Source: a virus
Length of the DNA stretch: 64,000 nt
Virus record (IMG/VR): IMGVR_UViG_3300027792_000292
Location: 67,127-131,126 of that record
Strand: one strand, 5' to 3'
Part shown: positions 58,659 to 64,000 of the stretch, one piece after another
Numbering within the stretch: position 1 is the stretch's first letter
Layout of the letters: the number at the start of each line of letters is the position of its first letter
Program-made: the position numbers and the translations under genes
The notes under the pieces: model-generated
Told to the model about the DNA's origin: nothing
What the model saw: only the letters and a program-made list of their open reading frames with translations
Database searches by the model: none

Positions 58659-58749
58659 GATACTTTCTTATCGCTTATTTATAAGCTTACCATAATTTTA
58701 TATAACGATTTATTAATTCCTTAATTACTTAATAAATAAATTCTTATTC

Positions 58750-58807
58750 TAATAATCTTTTAATTATCTCCTCTCTTAAAGTAGACAGACTATCTACTTT
58801 AAGAGAG
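58750..58807 (+). promoter_or_regulatory. TAATAATCTTTTAAT motif plus a perfect 15-bp hairpin upstream of structural genes
   Basis: Motif 58750-58764; CTCTCTTAAAGTAGA/TCTACTTTAAGAGAG at 58771-58807. Confidence 0.5.
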
Positions 58808-58840
58808 AATTTAATAGATAAATAATTTTAGGATAACATT

Positions 58841-59245
58841 ATGCCATTGTCTTTAAAAAATATTCAGGTATCACTTACAGTACAAGATGTAAATACTACC
58901 AATATTATAGAATTTTCTCCATCAAGAGCTAATGGCTCCCTTACAACTTATAAATTAGAGGACAATTATTTAAGGTGGCGTATACCAAATACTAATAGTG
59001 AGTTCCTTAACCCTGACGTATGGAAAAAGATTGTTCTTGTTTATACTTCCCCTTCTGCTGCACAATTTAAAACTATTACCTTTCGTAGAAGAGGTAGCAT
59101 TTTTACTGCGGTTACTTCGTGGGACTCATACTCTCAAATAGGATCTTGGGGTATTAAAGAAGTAGTCATAGTGAATAAGATGGGAAAAGATTTGGTGCTT
59201 GATGGATCACTATTCACGTCCTCGAACAATATCATAGTAGAATAA
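58841..59245 (+). CDS. Hypothetical beta-rich protein (possible virion)
   Basis: ORF with AGGA RBS after the putative late motif. Confidence 0.55.
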   Translation: MPLSLKNIQVSLTVQDVNTTNIIEFSPSRANGSLTTYKLEDNYLRWRIPNTNSEFLNPDVWKKIVLVYTSPSAAQFKTITFRRRGSIFTAVTSWDSYSQIGSWGIKEVVIVNKMGKDLVLDGSLFTSSNNIIVE

Positions 59246-59256
59246 AAGAGGTAAAG

Positions 59257-64000
<4,744 letters not shown>

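Overview
AT-rich, gene-dense window, almost entirely coded on the + strand, most consistent with a large (jumbo-type) bacteriophage genome using the standard genetic code. All family assignments come from motif recognition by eye; no database search was run. From 5' to 3': the end of an NAD-dependent DNA ligase, a ParB-like gene and virion-like genes (1-8 kb). Next is a 1.4-kb non-coding region (10.1-11.56 kb) holding seven structured RNA units. They share a scaffold (outer stem, GATGCGTACATT...CGCATTAGTAACTYG), but each carries a different tRNA-like cargo: linear, circularly permuted or anticodon-arm-only. The units are driven by sigma70-type promoters with boxA-like elements. Directly downstream are a ubiquitin-like protein, a Ro60/TROVE-like vWA protein, an E2-like candidate, a JAB peptidase and a ThiF/E1 enzyme. 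This RNA array plus Ro60-like and Ubl-conjugation locus is the strongest candidate for an undescribed system. Further on are an integron-cassette-like (attC) run of small Cys-rich ORFs (17.9-19.7 kb), RNA-repair genes (Rnl1-like ligase, Thg1, nucleotidyltransferase, phosphoesterases), an AAA ATPase, an SLT and a thymidylate kinase. A ~28-kb glycosyl-/methyltransferase island ends in GDP-fucose synthase and is followed by a giant Thr-rich collagen-like fibre gene that runs off the window end.
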